Under the pieces are notes generated by a model, which ran no database searches, was not told the DNA's origin, and was given only the letters and a program-made list of their open reading frames with translations. A stretch of DNA of 64,000 nucleotides from Polymyxa betae A26-41 (lineage: Eukaryota; Protista; Endomyxa: Phytomyxea): assembly GCA_003693705.1 (NCBI GenBank), contig RBZT01000328.1:1-64000 (forward strand), in the 5' to 3' direction. Below, in pieces: positions 1 to 12,227 of the stretch. Numbering within the stretch: the first letter of the stretch is position 1; the number at the start of each line of letters is the position of its first letter. The translations under genes were made by a program, and so were the position numbers.

Positions 1-23
1 ATTGGTCAATTTAAGGAATCCCT

Positions 24-97
24 CCTGCATGGCACTCGAACTCTGAACCTGACTGCTGCGAACACGATATGTAATCTTCCCATCAGACCACGTTCCC
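24..97 (-). mobile_element. Degenerate tRNA-like sequence (possible tRNA-derived SINE head or tRNA pseudogene)
   Basis: Minus strand reads GGGAACG-TG-GTCT-GATGGGA-AGAT (D-arm and A-box like) ... TTCGCAG ... AGGTT-CAGAG-TTCGAGT (B-box like). T-stem and acceptor stem do not pair. Confidence 0.35.
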
Positions 98-166
98 GCA
101 GATTTGAATTTTGCTTTCGGGAGGTGGAATACACCCTAACCGCCATAAAAAAAAACTAAAACAAGC

Positions 167-209
167 CCCTAAAAAACTCCCTAAAAGAGCCCTTATAAAA
201 GCCCTAAAA
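167..209. repeat. Interstitial telomere-like CCCTAAAA repeats
   Basis: Exact CCCTAAAA at 167-174, 179-186 and 202-209, plus a degenerate copy, following an A-run. Confidence 0.5.
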
Positions 210-769
210 GATATACCAGCCACACAGACAGGCAGCCACTAATAAGCGCCGCCCCCGGAGCTCTCTGTTTAGTCATACGCGAGGTCGAGGATGAGGCCAA
301 TGGTGGCGCTAGGTCGTCAAGAGCATGTACGGCCGTTCCACTCGCCTTTTACATTTTACATTTTTTCGTAGGGGATGAGGCGTGTTCCTCGTCAGTAATT
401 TTTAAATCCGAATCACTGTCGATGGCTCCCACTTTTTTCGCAAGCGCTTTAAGCGCACGGTCATTATAGAACTGAAGCGGCATCACAAGACGCGATGGCA
501 TTTGGCCGATATGCTGGTGTGGGTTCGCATATTCATGCACGTCCCTCAAGAAAACTTCCATTCACCTTTCTCGTAATATTCATGCAGTGGAGTCTTCAAA
601 TCCGGCAGTCTCGGTCTTGCAGATCGTTTTTTCTTTGCGAACAGTACATTTCCAAATGTAACACCTCTGCTTGATATCTCAACTAAAAGAAATCAATTTT
701 GCAGAATAAAATAGATCCTCGCGTACAATCATATAATTTATAGAAGCGGTGAGCGATAACGATACGTAG

Positions 770-1200
770 TCCCGGGTATTCTTCGGTACCTGTCAGTATC
801 GTCAGAGTCTGGCGGTAGTCCAGAATGTCGCCGCTAGGAGGGATATAGACGCCGATGATGGTTGTTCCCATGCTGGTCCAAACCGCCGATCGGTTCTTCG
901 GACAGGACCGGCAGAGTTGCGCGCGGGCCGTGAGTCGCACCAGGAGACTGATTCCAGCTTTGTTTCGGGGCGCGTTCGGACTTCGGGTGCAGATCGGTGC
1001 AAACTGTATCCAATCGATGCCATAGCGCATGGCGTGGCTGTAGATGGCCCTGCGCCGGGTGGATCCAGGTTTCGTACAATAAGATCGCGTCCCAACCATC
1101 CTCCATTACGGCCTTAACCCTAACCTGACCATATGCAGCTGCGGCCGGCCGGGCTGCCTGGCGATCGTTTGGACGGGTCGTAGGGGGGAAGTAGTCCCAC
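770..1200 (-). pseudogene. Frameshifted APE-type (EEP) endonuclease fragment of a non-LTR retrotransposon
   Basis: DAILLYETW in ORF 834..1439, then GISLLVR and IIGVYIPPS in ORF 683..1099. These are the ordered N-terminal EEP motifs split across two frames. No GDFN motif or RT follows. Confidence 0.7.
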
Positions 1201-1419
1201 ATCATCTTAGTGAGAAAACGTTTCTTGGCAGATTCCTCCGTTCCCTCCAAAGGATAGTTTGAAAAATAGGCCCAAATTTCTGAACCACTGTGATGGATGC
1301 CGCAGATCGATTGTTCGGCCAGCTGTGTGGCGAACCACTGGGCAAAAGCATGCAACAACGACTCTGACAGTGGGACGTCTTGTAGCAATCCCTGGATACC
1401 GGAATTTGCACTAGAGTAC

Positions 1420-2895
1420 TCAGCCCAATATCCATTCAATGAAAAAGTCAGCTTGAAAAGAGAAATTCCCTGAAAAATGCAACTCAGTTAGGCTGGTCAT
1501 TGATAACAATTCTAAAGCGAACCTTATCTTGCATAATTCCTTAGAAGAAATTACGAAAGCTTCTCGGCAAATTGCGGCAACTTTCCGAGAGAACCGAAAA
1601 CGCAGCTGAGACAAACAAAGACCAGAACATTGACTCGAAAGTACGTAACTAGTACTCATCATACACTTCAGAGTCGTCTCCACTGTGGTCGCAAAGCTGT
1701 TACTTTCCGCAACATCGGTTCGACCGAACACATCTGCCGGTTCTGAAACCTCTACCGGCTCGACGAAGTAACCTTTTTCGCCAATAGGTTCGGCTGCAAC
1801 CTGATGATTGACTACAGTTTCGAAGTAATAAGAGAAAAGCAAAAAAACACTGGAAAACGACGTAGAAAAAAGAGATAGATAGGGAGCATGTTGTGTCTAT
1901 TGCAGACAGAAACGGAAAACGAGAAGAGGTGAACTAGTTCTTACCCATATCGCCAAACAAGTCGTCGTTGACGGCGCTAGTCGGCTGTACTCCAAGATTT
2001 ACGAACTATTAAGACAATGTTTTCCATCAGATATTTGGGAGCTGAACTAAGCCAACAAAGCTCAAGCTCGTACACTCCACTTTACAAATAATTCTGCATA
2101 AACCCGCTCAACAAATTATACAACAATATGGGGCTGAACTGGCTACCGATCTGCACAATCTGCGGCATACACGGTAGAACTTTGTTGCGACGAACGAAAG
2201 GGGTCCACTGGCGAGCGCGATTGGGAAAGAGGGTGCTTGGAGGTTGGCTCGGTCAGGTCTATTTTATCAGGCTTGTCCTCGGAAAGAGGAGCACAGAGCC
2301 TTCAGTGACTCTTAATAGCGGGAGAAGGCCATTAATGAGGACTCTTAAAACGGCAATCTACATCACGCAACCGCTGTGGATGCTCGTTCAATCTCGAGAC
2401 TCACTAAGTGAGAACTGAGAACTAAAGGGAGATAAACTCGAAATCTATGGGAAGAACAGAAACAAAAGAACGAGGGTAGGCGAGCAGACAGAAGTTGGTT
2501 CAAGAACGGCGTTAACCGAACTGAGCTAAACTCAGATCGGTCGCTGCACCAGTCTGTATTTGGTATGCTATTATCAATAATATTTTAAGTTGATTCACGG
2601 AGGCTGGCTACTGCGGGTTGCGCTCCTGACGTTTTCAATAAAATTGAATTCAAATTCCATGCTGCTGACAAAAGTAAGTTGTCATGATGGTTGATAGCAT
2701 TGCAAATGCTACGAATGCTTATAGATCACAGTGGATCACGCCGTTGTTTCATTACGTTTCAATGATGCAGACGGAGCTTGTCTGACAACTTGACATCTGT
2801 AGTGATGCATAATCGCCGATAAAGAGGTTCCTTTGAGTATGGCGAACATGATTGCAAAGATATACACAGTTTGGGTATTATCCTGAACCAATACA
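1420..2895 (-). mobile_element. Possible degenerate LTR-retrotransposon 5' end (LTR end, PBS, pyrimidine-rich leader)
   Basis: Minus strand ...AATACA-GAC-TGGTGCAGCGACCG: a CA end, 3 nt, then a PBS-like sequence (2538-2551) complementary to a tRNA CCA 3' end. A CT-rich leader and broken ORFs follow. Confidence 0.35.
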
Positions 2896-3340
2896 GCACG
2901 TGCATTAACCGCAATGAAACAATATGATTTTGACCAAGCTTGGGTGGACGAGCTAACACCAAAATGTTTCTGCCTCAGGAGTAGACAGCATCATACTACT
3001 GCTGCATACGCTCACTGACGCCTAACTCACCCAAGATCATTAGCAGCGGTGGAAGGCTGAATACGCCGATGCCGGATCATTTTAGCAACAAAGCCAGCAG
3101 AGCTAGCATACTGCTGTACTTAAAAACAGATCGAGAAGATTCCGACAGAGAAACATCACGAAAAGAGAGTGTAAACCAGAGAGCCAGCCTGTTGAATTCA
3201 GGACGTCATCTCCAACAGAACTTGTTTGGATCTGTGACTTCGACATCAAGCAGAAGGTAGAGCGGAGTTTCTAATAATAACTTCATCATTGTGATTGTCT
3301 TGTCAGTTAGTCGGTCTTATATCATCAGTCTCCTACTATT

Positions 3341-4526
3341 ATGACGATGGATTCCATGACATCTAGGACGTCCAATCCGCGCCTGCAACGGTTGCAAGAA
3401 AAAGTGGAGTCTTATGTCGCTGATGACAAGCTGTATGAGGCGGAGCAGATGTAAGTGGCTTGGTATGAGTGTCGGGCTCGTTCAGTTCCGTATTTTCTGT
3501 AGATACTTAACGATCTGCTCGCGATTGTTTGGAACGGAACAGTATGAGGAAGCTATTGAGGTTGCTGTTAAAGGCGCTCTGCGACTATTGTCTTTGCATT
3601 CTGGAAAGGCAGGCGCCAAATTGGCCATGCAAGTGCTTGATTTCTTTAAAGCGACGAAACAACCCATTTCTGACACTAACATAGGTGCTAGATGACTTTT
3701 TATGATATCAAAGAGGCACCGTTGCTGATATAACATTTAGGAATAATTACCAGGATATTCCGTGTTTTTTCTGACGAAAATAAGACTGAGAAGGTCAATT
3801 TCATGAAGGCTGCCATCAAGTATTTATATGCTTCTGTTGTTCGCTAATCATCTGATGCATAATTCTCTAGATGGTCAATGACACCTCCAAGTGGTTATTC
3901 TTTAGGGCATCCTACTCTTCAGTTGGAGTTTGCCAAATACTATCAGAATTCGGGTGCATATGGTGAAGCAAATAAGCATTTCTTGAAAAGCCATAACGAC
4001 GAGATGCATTTCAAGATGCTTGTTGATTGGAGTAACAAGGTCGAGCCTAATGAAAAAGATCTGCTGTTCACAAGAACGATTTTGCAGTATGGCCACAATC
4101 TGCGTGCACACTATCATGATGTAATTTGATCAGGTATCTAACCCTCGAGAACGTTGAGGGCGCTCAGAAACTCTTCGCTCGGTTCCCTCAAGATCTACAA
4201 ACACCATTGATGAATTTCACTAGACTTTGTATGCTCTCCAATATGTTAACTACATGTTCATACTCTGACTATCTTAGTGCTGGAGGCGATACGCCGAGAT
4301 TCAGCTCCACTATTCCAGATGTTAAGATTTAAATACTCGATTTCAATTCAAAGGGATCCCTCGTTCGCTCAGGTACATCTTCCGATCAGTAATCATTTGA
4401 CGTTTCTCAGAGATATCCTGATAGTTTTTCGACCGTATTGGAATGGTCTGTTTCCATATAGAACCTGCTGACGGTCGTGGTATGGGAGGGTTCCTGTCTC
4501 AGCTGTTTTCCAATATTGCTGATTGA
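3341..4526 (+). CDS. GET4: Golgi-to-ER traffic protein 4 (multi-exon)
   Basis: LYEAEQ/YLTICSRL...YEEAIEVAVKGALRLL, GHPTLQLEFAKYY..YGEANKHF, TPLMNF; C-terminus GMGGFLSQLF. Confidence 0.85.
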
Positions 4527-4928
4527 TCTTGTGTAATAAAATTTATCAACCAGATCATATGCATTCAAAATTTAAGCAGGGTTTTTATCTGTCCGTGAAT
4601 GCTTGTTCCAATCAAATGAGCCTCGATGCAACAACCTCCGGAAACCACAAGCTACCTCTGAAACATATGAGCGATGCAGGTGACCGAGAGTACGACGGCG
4701 TATGTTGTGGTGACTGTGTGACGATGATGTTGATGGTAATAAAGGCCTTTATACGTATGTTGTCGACTGCATTAGCCGTAGCTGAAGGGATCCCTGTTCT
4801 TGAGTGAAATTTCATCAAAAGTCGTTGTCAAGGTCCGTGACCAAGTCCGCCAACAGTCCTATCAAGTCCGTCCCTAACGTCGTGGCTTGTCGTATCGTCG
4901 AGCAACGACCTGGTCGCTCTAGCTGCCC

Positions 4929-6550
4929 ATGTCATCTTCAAAACAGCTGCATTCGCTGGAGCAGTTCCTAGCTCAGGCTCAGGGACCCAGCCTTTCCTGG
5001 GCCGATGTCGACGATGATCGTAAGTTGGTCGCCACGATTGACGTCCTAGACCTGACTAGCTCGTAGCTGAACTGTATGCGACCGTTGATGAACCGGCATT
5101 AGAGCCGATTGAAGAAGTTGCACCGCCGTCGCGTTCATCACGACACCCAATCCCCAACCTTCCGAGATCGCCGCCTTTCGTGATTTATTGTGGCAATCTG
5201 TCCTATAACTGTACCGAGCAGCATTTGAATGAGTTCTTCGCTCCAATCAAGCCGGTCGAGACGCGGATCGTCGTCGATCCCAGTACCAAGAGTAGCAAAG
5301 GGTTTGGATATGTCGAGTTCCGGACCCGGGATGACATGGAGCAAGCCTTCGATCGAAACGCTCAGTTTCTGCTGAGTCGCCCCATTCGAATTGATGTTCA
5401 GAACAACCGTGAGAATGCTTCTGATCGTCCACCACGACATCATGCTCCGCCGATGCCCGCAGTTCCTGCTGAGCGTCCGAAATTAGTGCTGAAACCGCGA
5501 TCTGTCGATACCAACAAACCACTGGGCTCTACACCGACTCCGAAAGTTAACCCATTCGGGGCAGCGCGTCCACGAGAAGAAGTTTTGAAAGAGAAAGCGG
5601 CAGCATCAACCACCACCGAAGAACATAAGACCGCCGAACAAAAGAGCGCCATTGATAAACGAAGTCGATCTCCCGCTGCACGTTCCAGGGTTCCTCCAGC
5701 TCCGACCCAACAGAAATCAGCCTGGGGACCAGTTAGGTCAGTTATGCCAAAGTCTCCACCATCTGAACCGGTTACGACTCCTAAAGAACCACAACAGCAA
5801 CGACCTGCTACGACTCCTAAAGAACCACAACAGCAGCGACCTGCTACGACTCCTAAAGAACCACAACAGCAACGACCTTCTACGACTCCTAGAGAGCCAC
5901 AACAGCAACGACCTGCTTGGGGCCCTCGTCGTGTAACACCGCGCGCTGATGCTGAACAGGATGAGCAACGATCAGCCAGGCCGACACCAACCAATCGGGG
6001 TCATCACATCGATTCTCGACAACAGGGTCCGTCTAATAGCCGTCTCATCACACCACAGAACGCCGGTCATGATCGGAAAGGTCCAGTACGTCACCATGAC
6101 AGACCAGTTCTCCGTCAGCAGAACGGTGGCGATCGTAAAGGTGGCCCCCGTACTAATAGTGGTGATCACCGTCCTAGACATCGTCATGACGATCATCGTG
6201 GGGGCAGCAGAGATAAGCCCCATGAGCCCGAGTCCACATCTGACGCCGCTCAAATTCGGTCGATGCCGAAATCATCGCCTACAGAACGTGCGCGAAGCCA
6301 AAGCCCGTCTCATGCCAACGCTGATGACGCCGGATTCGAAATGCAACGGAAGGGACGACGAAATGGAAGCGGCCTTAACGCTGCTGGGCTGTCATCGACC
6401 ATGTCGAAGATTAATCTGAATACTAACAGGACGGAGAAAAGTACAGACAAATTATCATCTCGGCAACGGGCACCAGCTGCTGAAATTCCTTCATCAGTTG
6501 CCTATAGCAGTAATATCTTCGCGAGCTTGGCCAATCTCAATGATGAGTAA
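4929..6550 (+). CDS. EIF4B: Translation initiation factor eIF4B/4H family RRM protein
   Basis: Exon 1 ends LSWADVDDD. LPRSPPFVIYCGNL (RNP2), KGFGYVEF (RNP1), ERPKLVLKPRS and NPFGAARPRE motifs. Confidence 0.85.
5774..5917 (+). repeat. Coding tandem repeat, 4 x 36 bp (TTPKEPQQQRPA)
   Basis: Near-identical units acgactcctaaagaaccacaacagcaacgacctgct. Confidence 0.95.
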
Positions 6551-6606
6551 ATCGTCATTTCTAAAAAATTTACAAGTGTTCGTTTCATTAAGTTGGTTGT
6601 GAAAAG

Positions 6607-8706
6607 TTACATGTTGCTGTAGGTTGGACCACCACCTCCTTCTGGTACTGTCCAACGAATGAATCGTCTCGGTGTCTTTATGTCACAAGTTTTACAATGA
6701 ACGCAATTTGCTGCATTAATCTGCAGTTTCTCTTTGCCCTTGTCATCACTGACGTATTCGTAGACTTTGGCGGGACAGAAGTACTGCTCTGGGCCTGCAT
6801 ACTTCCGCAAGCTCGTTTCGACAGGGAATTCTTCAGAAATGCCCTCCCTCAAACGCAAATGAATCTAATGCAGCCAAACAGCATAAATCCATGATTTAAC
6901 GGAATTAAAAGAGATCATTACTGGCTGATCCTCCTCGTGGCGGACACCGCTGCGTTGAAGATTTGTCAACAAGTCAAAACTGATCTTATTATCCGGTTTG
7001 AAAGGTTCCTGATTGGGAGCGAATTTGTCTGCAAATTCGGTTGTATCCGCATCAGTTGTTGTATTGTGAAACGTCCATGGTGTCCGCCCTTTCAGAAGCA
7101 TGAGATCCACACCGCTATAAAGCATCCCACCTGATAAATCGAACTTAGCACTGCACATAAAACAATCTGACAAAGAGCTCAACCGAAAAGTCCTCCGAAC
7201 ATCTTGAACGACGGCTTCACGTTCCTAACTTGCTTCAGCTCAGACCAGATCCACGAATTCCTCACGAGTTCGTCATAATCTTTCAGCTCAATTTGTGCAA
7301 CGGATTCGTTGGATTCGAGCTTTTCGACTATGCTATCAGCTGCCAGCATTCCGGATTTCATGGCTGTATGCGTTCCTTTGATTCTTGGAACATTGAGGAA
7401 TCCGGCAGCGCATCCGACAAGTATCCCGCCAGGAACCGATAATTTCGGTATCGATTGAAATCCACCGCTGGATATCACTCGGGCGCCATATTCCAAAGGA
7501 GTACCGCCTTCCAGCATTCTTCTGACCGCATCATGATGCTTGAATCGCTAGAATCCAATCAATGCATTGACGAAACAATATCTGCCTGGTAACCTGAAAG
7601 AGCTCGTATGGATTCGTGTACGGGTTCTTATAATCGAGACCAACAACGAACCCTATCTCAACCAAATCTGGCTGCATATGATAAATGAAGGACCCGCCGT
7701 ATACTTCATTGGGTAAAGGCCATCCAACTGTGTGTGTCACCAGACCCTTACGATGTTGATCGCTATCCACACGCCATAACTAAACGTGAAGCTTAATCAT
7801 CGATCATGATTAGAAATCACCCAACTACCTCTTTCAGTCCGATGGAATAAGTCTGAGGGTCACACGACGAGCGAAGATCGAACTTTTTGACTACTGCCTC
7901 CGTTAATGAACCACAGGCGCCTTCAGCAAATACGGTCTGTGAGGATCGCAACTCCATTCCAGGTTGAAATGAAGCTTTCGGTTAGATGCAATCAGTAACA
8001 AGTCAAGTCTAAGGAAGCAATCCACAACTGACATCTCTGCTGTCCACTACGGTCAATACCAACGTCTTTAGTGGCGACACCAATAACAGCGCCCTTGTCA
8101 TTATACAACACCTCATTGGCAGCAAACCCAGGATACACTTCCACACCACTGAACATTACTCAGTAAAAACGTTGACACGAAAAGACCAGCAGAACTGACA
8201 TCTGCTCTGCGTATTCACCGAGCCATCGAACAAATCGTCCGAGGCTGATAACATAATTTCCATGATTGTGAAGAGCAGGGGGCAGAATCGGAATCGATAG
8301 CTTCTTGGTGGGAGTTCCAAGATACCAGAATTGATCTTTGTTGACAGGGGTTTCAACAGGCACCTTACAGAGATATTGGCCACAATGCTTCATGAGGCTC
8401 CAGACGACTAACATTGTCTCGGGAGCGCCAATCAGGCACTAATTCGTCAAGAGCTCGAGGATCGAATACATTCCCTGATAAAGTATGGGCGCCGATTTCG
8501 GCGCCTTTCTCAATCAAGCAAACGGACACCTCCGGTCGCCGCTGCTTCAGCCGAATGGCGGTCGACAAGCCAGCTGGCCCGCCTCCAACCACAACGACAT
8601 CGAACTCAAGAGAATCCCGCGCGGATGCTGCCGTCGACAGCTGTCGGCCATGAGGCAGGCGCCCCAACAATCTGGAGCCGGCTCTCACCAATGACGATAT
8701 TCGCAT
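6607..8706 (-). CDS. ETFDH: ETF-ubiquinone oxidoreductase, mitochondrial (multi-exon)
   Basis: Transit-peptide-like N-terminus, [37 protein letters not shown], and 4Fe-4S motif FCPAKVYE...[11 protein letters not shown]...VPEGGGGP. Confidence 0.97.
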
Positions 8707-9360
8707 AATTTCATATAAAAAAGTGATTGGAGTCCATCAACTTGTGTGTTATGTCTACATAATGAGGGAGGCCTCACCCATATGTAACATTATCATTCTA
8801 TGTACTGTCTACCTATGTCAGTTCTATCAAGGGTCTCAAATCACTTGTTCTATATTGAGGGTGATCAGCTAACCCAGCAACATCCAGGATCCGGTCCTTT
8901 CAATCCAACGTTTTGGATGGAGAGCGGTTTCCACAGAGGGACCTACCCAAACTGATCCATTCATCATTGCTGGACACGACGCTGTATTATAGCCTGAACA
9001 TGACAACATGTCCACTAGGTGGTTGTATGTCTTGTGGTCCAATCTTTGGAGGACAATGTATTGGTTAAAGCATGCATTGATTAGTGTATGGTTACTAAGA
9101 CGTGTAGTAAAGTCGAAATAGAAGAGTTGCATGCCATATTCACATTATGAATCACCGTATAATCCTTGTTAGGTAGTACCTGTATATCAATAGTCTCGTG
9201 AAATACACAAGGTGACACATTTGTATAAAAAGCAATATAGAGAATATCTAGATAAGCACCTGGACATATTCGAGAATGAATTCAATGATAGATCTAGAAC
9301 TATGAATGTGGCCATGTTCAGATTAGTTATCCAAAACCAATCTCATCGACGATTCATCAC

Positions 9361-12113
9361 ATGATGTTCTGGTTATTGGTGCCAATCACCATTGCCCTAC
9401 TTGCTCATCCGGGATCTTCACAGACATCATCACCGGCATCAACATTCAAATCCACAGATGGGAAATATACAGCTAGCTGGTCTATCATCGATGATGATAC
9501 TATCGAATTCATGATATCAGCAACTACTACAGGATGGATTGCAATTGGTTGGTCACCAAATCCTCGAGGTCATCTGAATACAGCGGCTGTTGTAGCCTGG
9601 GTTATAGGTAATGAGACCACTATACTTGATACATTGTCAAATAGTCGATCTACACCAACTCCAGCCCAATTTCTTCAATCTGCACCATTATCCGGTTTTG
9701 AAACCAATGGCCAGACCACAGTTCGATTCCGTCGTCCTATCCAATCAACTGATGCTGACCACCTGACAATACCTAATGCTCCAATATTCATGATCTATGC
9801 ATATGGTGCTACAGATGGCGATTCAGCTACTTCGTATCCTATCCATTCAGTATCAGCTCGAGGTGTAGCACAGGTTAATTTCCTACAGTCCGGTCTCAAT
9901 GTTGTTGGTAATACGAATGTAACCGCCACCTATCTGTTCGGTCTGATTCGTGAACCTGGTGCTGCCATGACCGTCATCGTGGCATTCATTCTCGCCATAC
10001 TGGCTCTGGTCCAGGATTCGCACCGCCTTGTGAAACGCTGCCGTGAATGTCGTCGGCGTCGCGCCTTTCGCGGGTTTGCTGGCGCGGATGGATTCGCGCC
10101 GGCTCTGGAGAGGGCGCCGATCGTGGCACCACCCGTGACCTCTGCCGTTCTGCGCCCTGCGATCGCCGCCACATTCGATTCAGATGCGTTCCGCCTACAG
10201 ACCGATACCATGGGCAGTGTCCAGATCGGGGCTGGAGCTCCTGGCGAATCTATCGTCTCAGATGATGAAGATATCAGCAGTGATAGTGAATCATTAGAGC
10301 TTAATGTTATCCCAAGTGGGGGATTCTTTCGAGGCTCACAACCGGTCCCGTACCGGCCCATGCCCGGCAACACTGTCTCGACCTCGCTGGCTGGATCTGT
10401 GCCAGCACAACCGCTCCAAGTCTTCATCCATCAACAGAAATCGATTTCGAGTCCTGGAAAGAACGCGCTTCTACGATTATGGCGGCAGCGTCTATTTGGG
10501 ACCGATATTGTGGTCAGCGAGCTGGTTGTGTTCACTGCCTACTTGATTCTACAGGGCGTACTGGTCCTGGCCTGGCCACGGCGATCTCTAGACCCAGTTA
10601 CATCATTAGGCTATCTAGCATCAGCGAATGCATTTTGGACTGCTGTCCCTGGAACTAGAAATTCGGCAATATCATTGATATTATGGGCACCTGTTGATAA
10701 GACTATTCGATATCATAGATGGATAGCTCGAGTTATGATCGGTTTAGCACTGGCACATGGTATTTGGGAGCTGATCATACAGACTCCAAATATCGGACAA
10801 ATTCTCAATGTTCTAATGGGTGATTCCAAGAATGCAACAGGTGGTATAGCGATGGCATCTGCCCTTATCATCCTGTTATCGTCATTGCAATCTGTACGCC
10901 GACATCTATTCCAGTTATTCTATTATACTCATTTTATATTCATACTATTCTATGTATACCTATGGATGCATAGTCCAGCTAGTCGTCCATATATTATAGC
11001 AGCGATAACTGTCTATGCCCTAGATCGTGCTCTACGTTTACTACGTGGTAATCTGGTACCATTCCGAGCTACTGAAGTTCAGACATTACCTGGCAATGTT
11101 GTACGTATTCGATTCCCGAAGCGAGCATGGGCCCGATACACGGCGGGCCAGTACGTGTTCGTCAATTTCCCGACCATCGCACCGCTCGAATGGCATCCAT
11201 TCTCTTTATCATCAGGTCAGTACGCCGGGGCGGCCCTCGTTTCGTCGCCCCTCTCTAACGTTGACGGGTCGTATAGGCCCGAAGGACGACCACTGTGAGA
11301 TCCATGTGAAGGCGCTCGGTAACACGACCAGGGCCTTGTTCAAGTCGATCCAGGGCAGTCTGAGTATTATAGCGCCGCTGATGCGAGTTGAAGGTCGGGT
11401 ATGATGCCAGCATTACCCAGGTCTGTTGAGCTGATGATTTCTTGTGTTATCCAGGTCCGTATGGTCACCTGTCGAGCCGATATCAGAGATATTCACATGT
11501 GGTGTTGCTGGGTGGTGGCGTTGGTGTCACACCATTGATTAGTATCATTAAGGATATCTATCAGCTCGATATGTCACAGGCTGCCAAGGCACGACATCCG
11601 AAATCCGCCTTGATCAAGTCAGTCTAGGGTTTTAGGGTTTCGAGGAATTGGGTTTAAATCAATGCTCCATTCTGATTCATGACTATCAGACACGTGTACT
11701 TGGTGTGGTCGGTACCGACCGAATTTGAATGGGCTTGGTTCGCAGAGACCTTGGTAAAGGCTAGAGTTCTGGCCGCCCTATCACATTATCCACGTCTGAC
11801 CCTGGCCGGTCATATCACGCAGCAGAAATCAACAGCTGATCCAAGCCTGATTGTAGGCCGACCTGATCTTGAGACTGTGTTCCGATATGTGGAGAGCAGC
11901 ATGATCGGTAATCCATTCCAATATCAGCAACTGGCTCAAACCAAGTTCGCCGATTCGATGGCGATCAATACAGATCAGCCAGGAGCCAAGGGTCGGGCAG
12001 CTGTATACGTCTGTGGTCCAAGACATATGGTCACGGAGGCGTCTGATATCGCACGACGACGTACACGGGCCAATGTCCGATTCGATTTCCATCACGAGAT
12101 CTTCGAGTTCTAG
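9361..12113 (+). CDS. Signal peptide + DOMON + ferric reductase/NOX-family flavocytochrome
   Basis: DOMON: GWIAIGWS, TTVRFRRPI, MIYAYG, YPIH. Heme His pairs: YHRW..AHG and YTH..MH. FAD: WHPFSLSS. NADPH: GPYG, GGGVGVTP, VCGP, terminal HEIFEF. Confidence 0.9.
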
Positions 12114-12227
12114 AAGTCCCCATGTCCTCTGGGGCGCTTTCCGACTGATTAATAAACTCATCAAGTCTTCGTTTTTTTTCTCACTGTATGGATTGCCACT
12201 CGTAATCATCAGTGGCAGGACGCATTG

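Noticed and set aside
5440-5994. Cys-rich minus-strand ORF with GRCCCGSLGVV repeats
   Set aside because: Antisense shadow of the eIF4B Gln-rich repeat.
8869-9132. 87-aa ORF in the divergent intergenic region
   Set aside because: No motifs; AT-rich promoter-like context.
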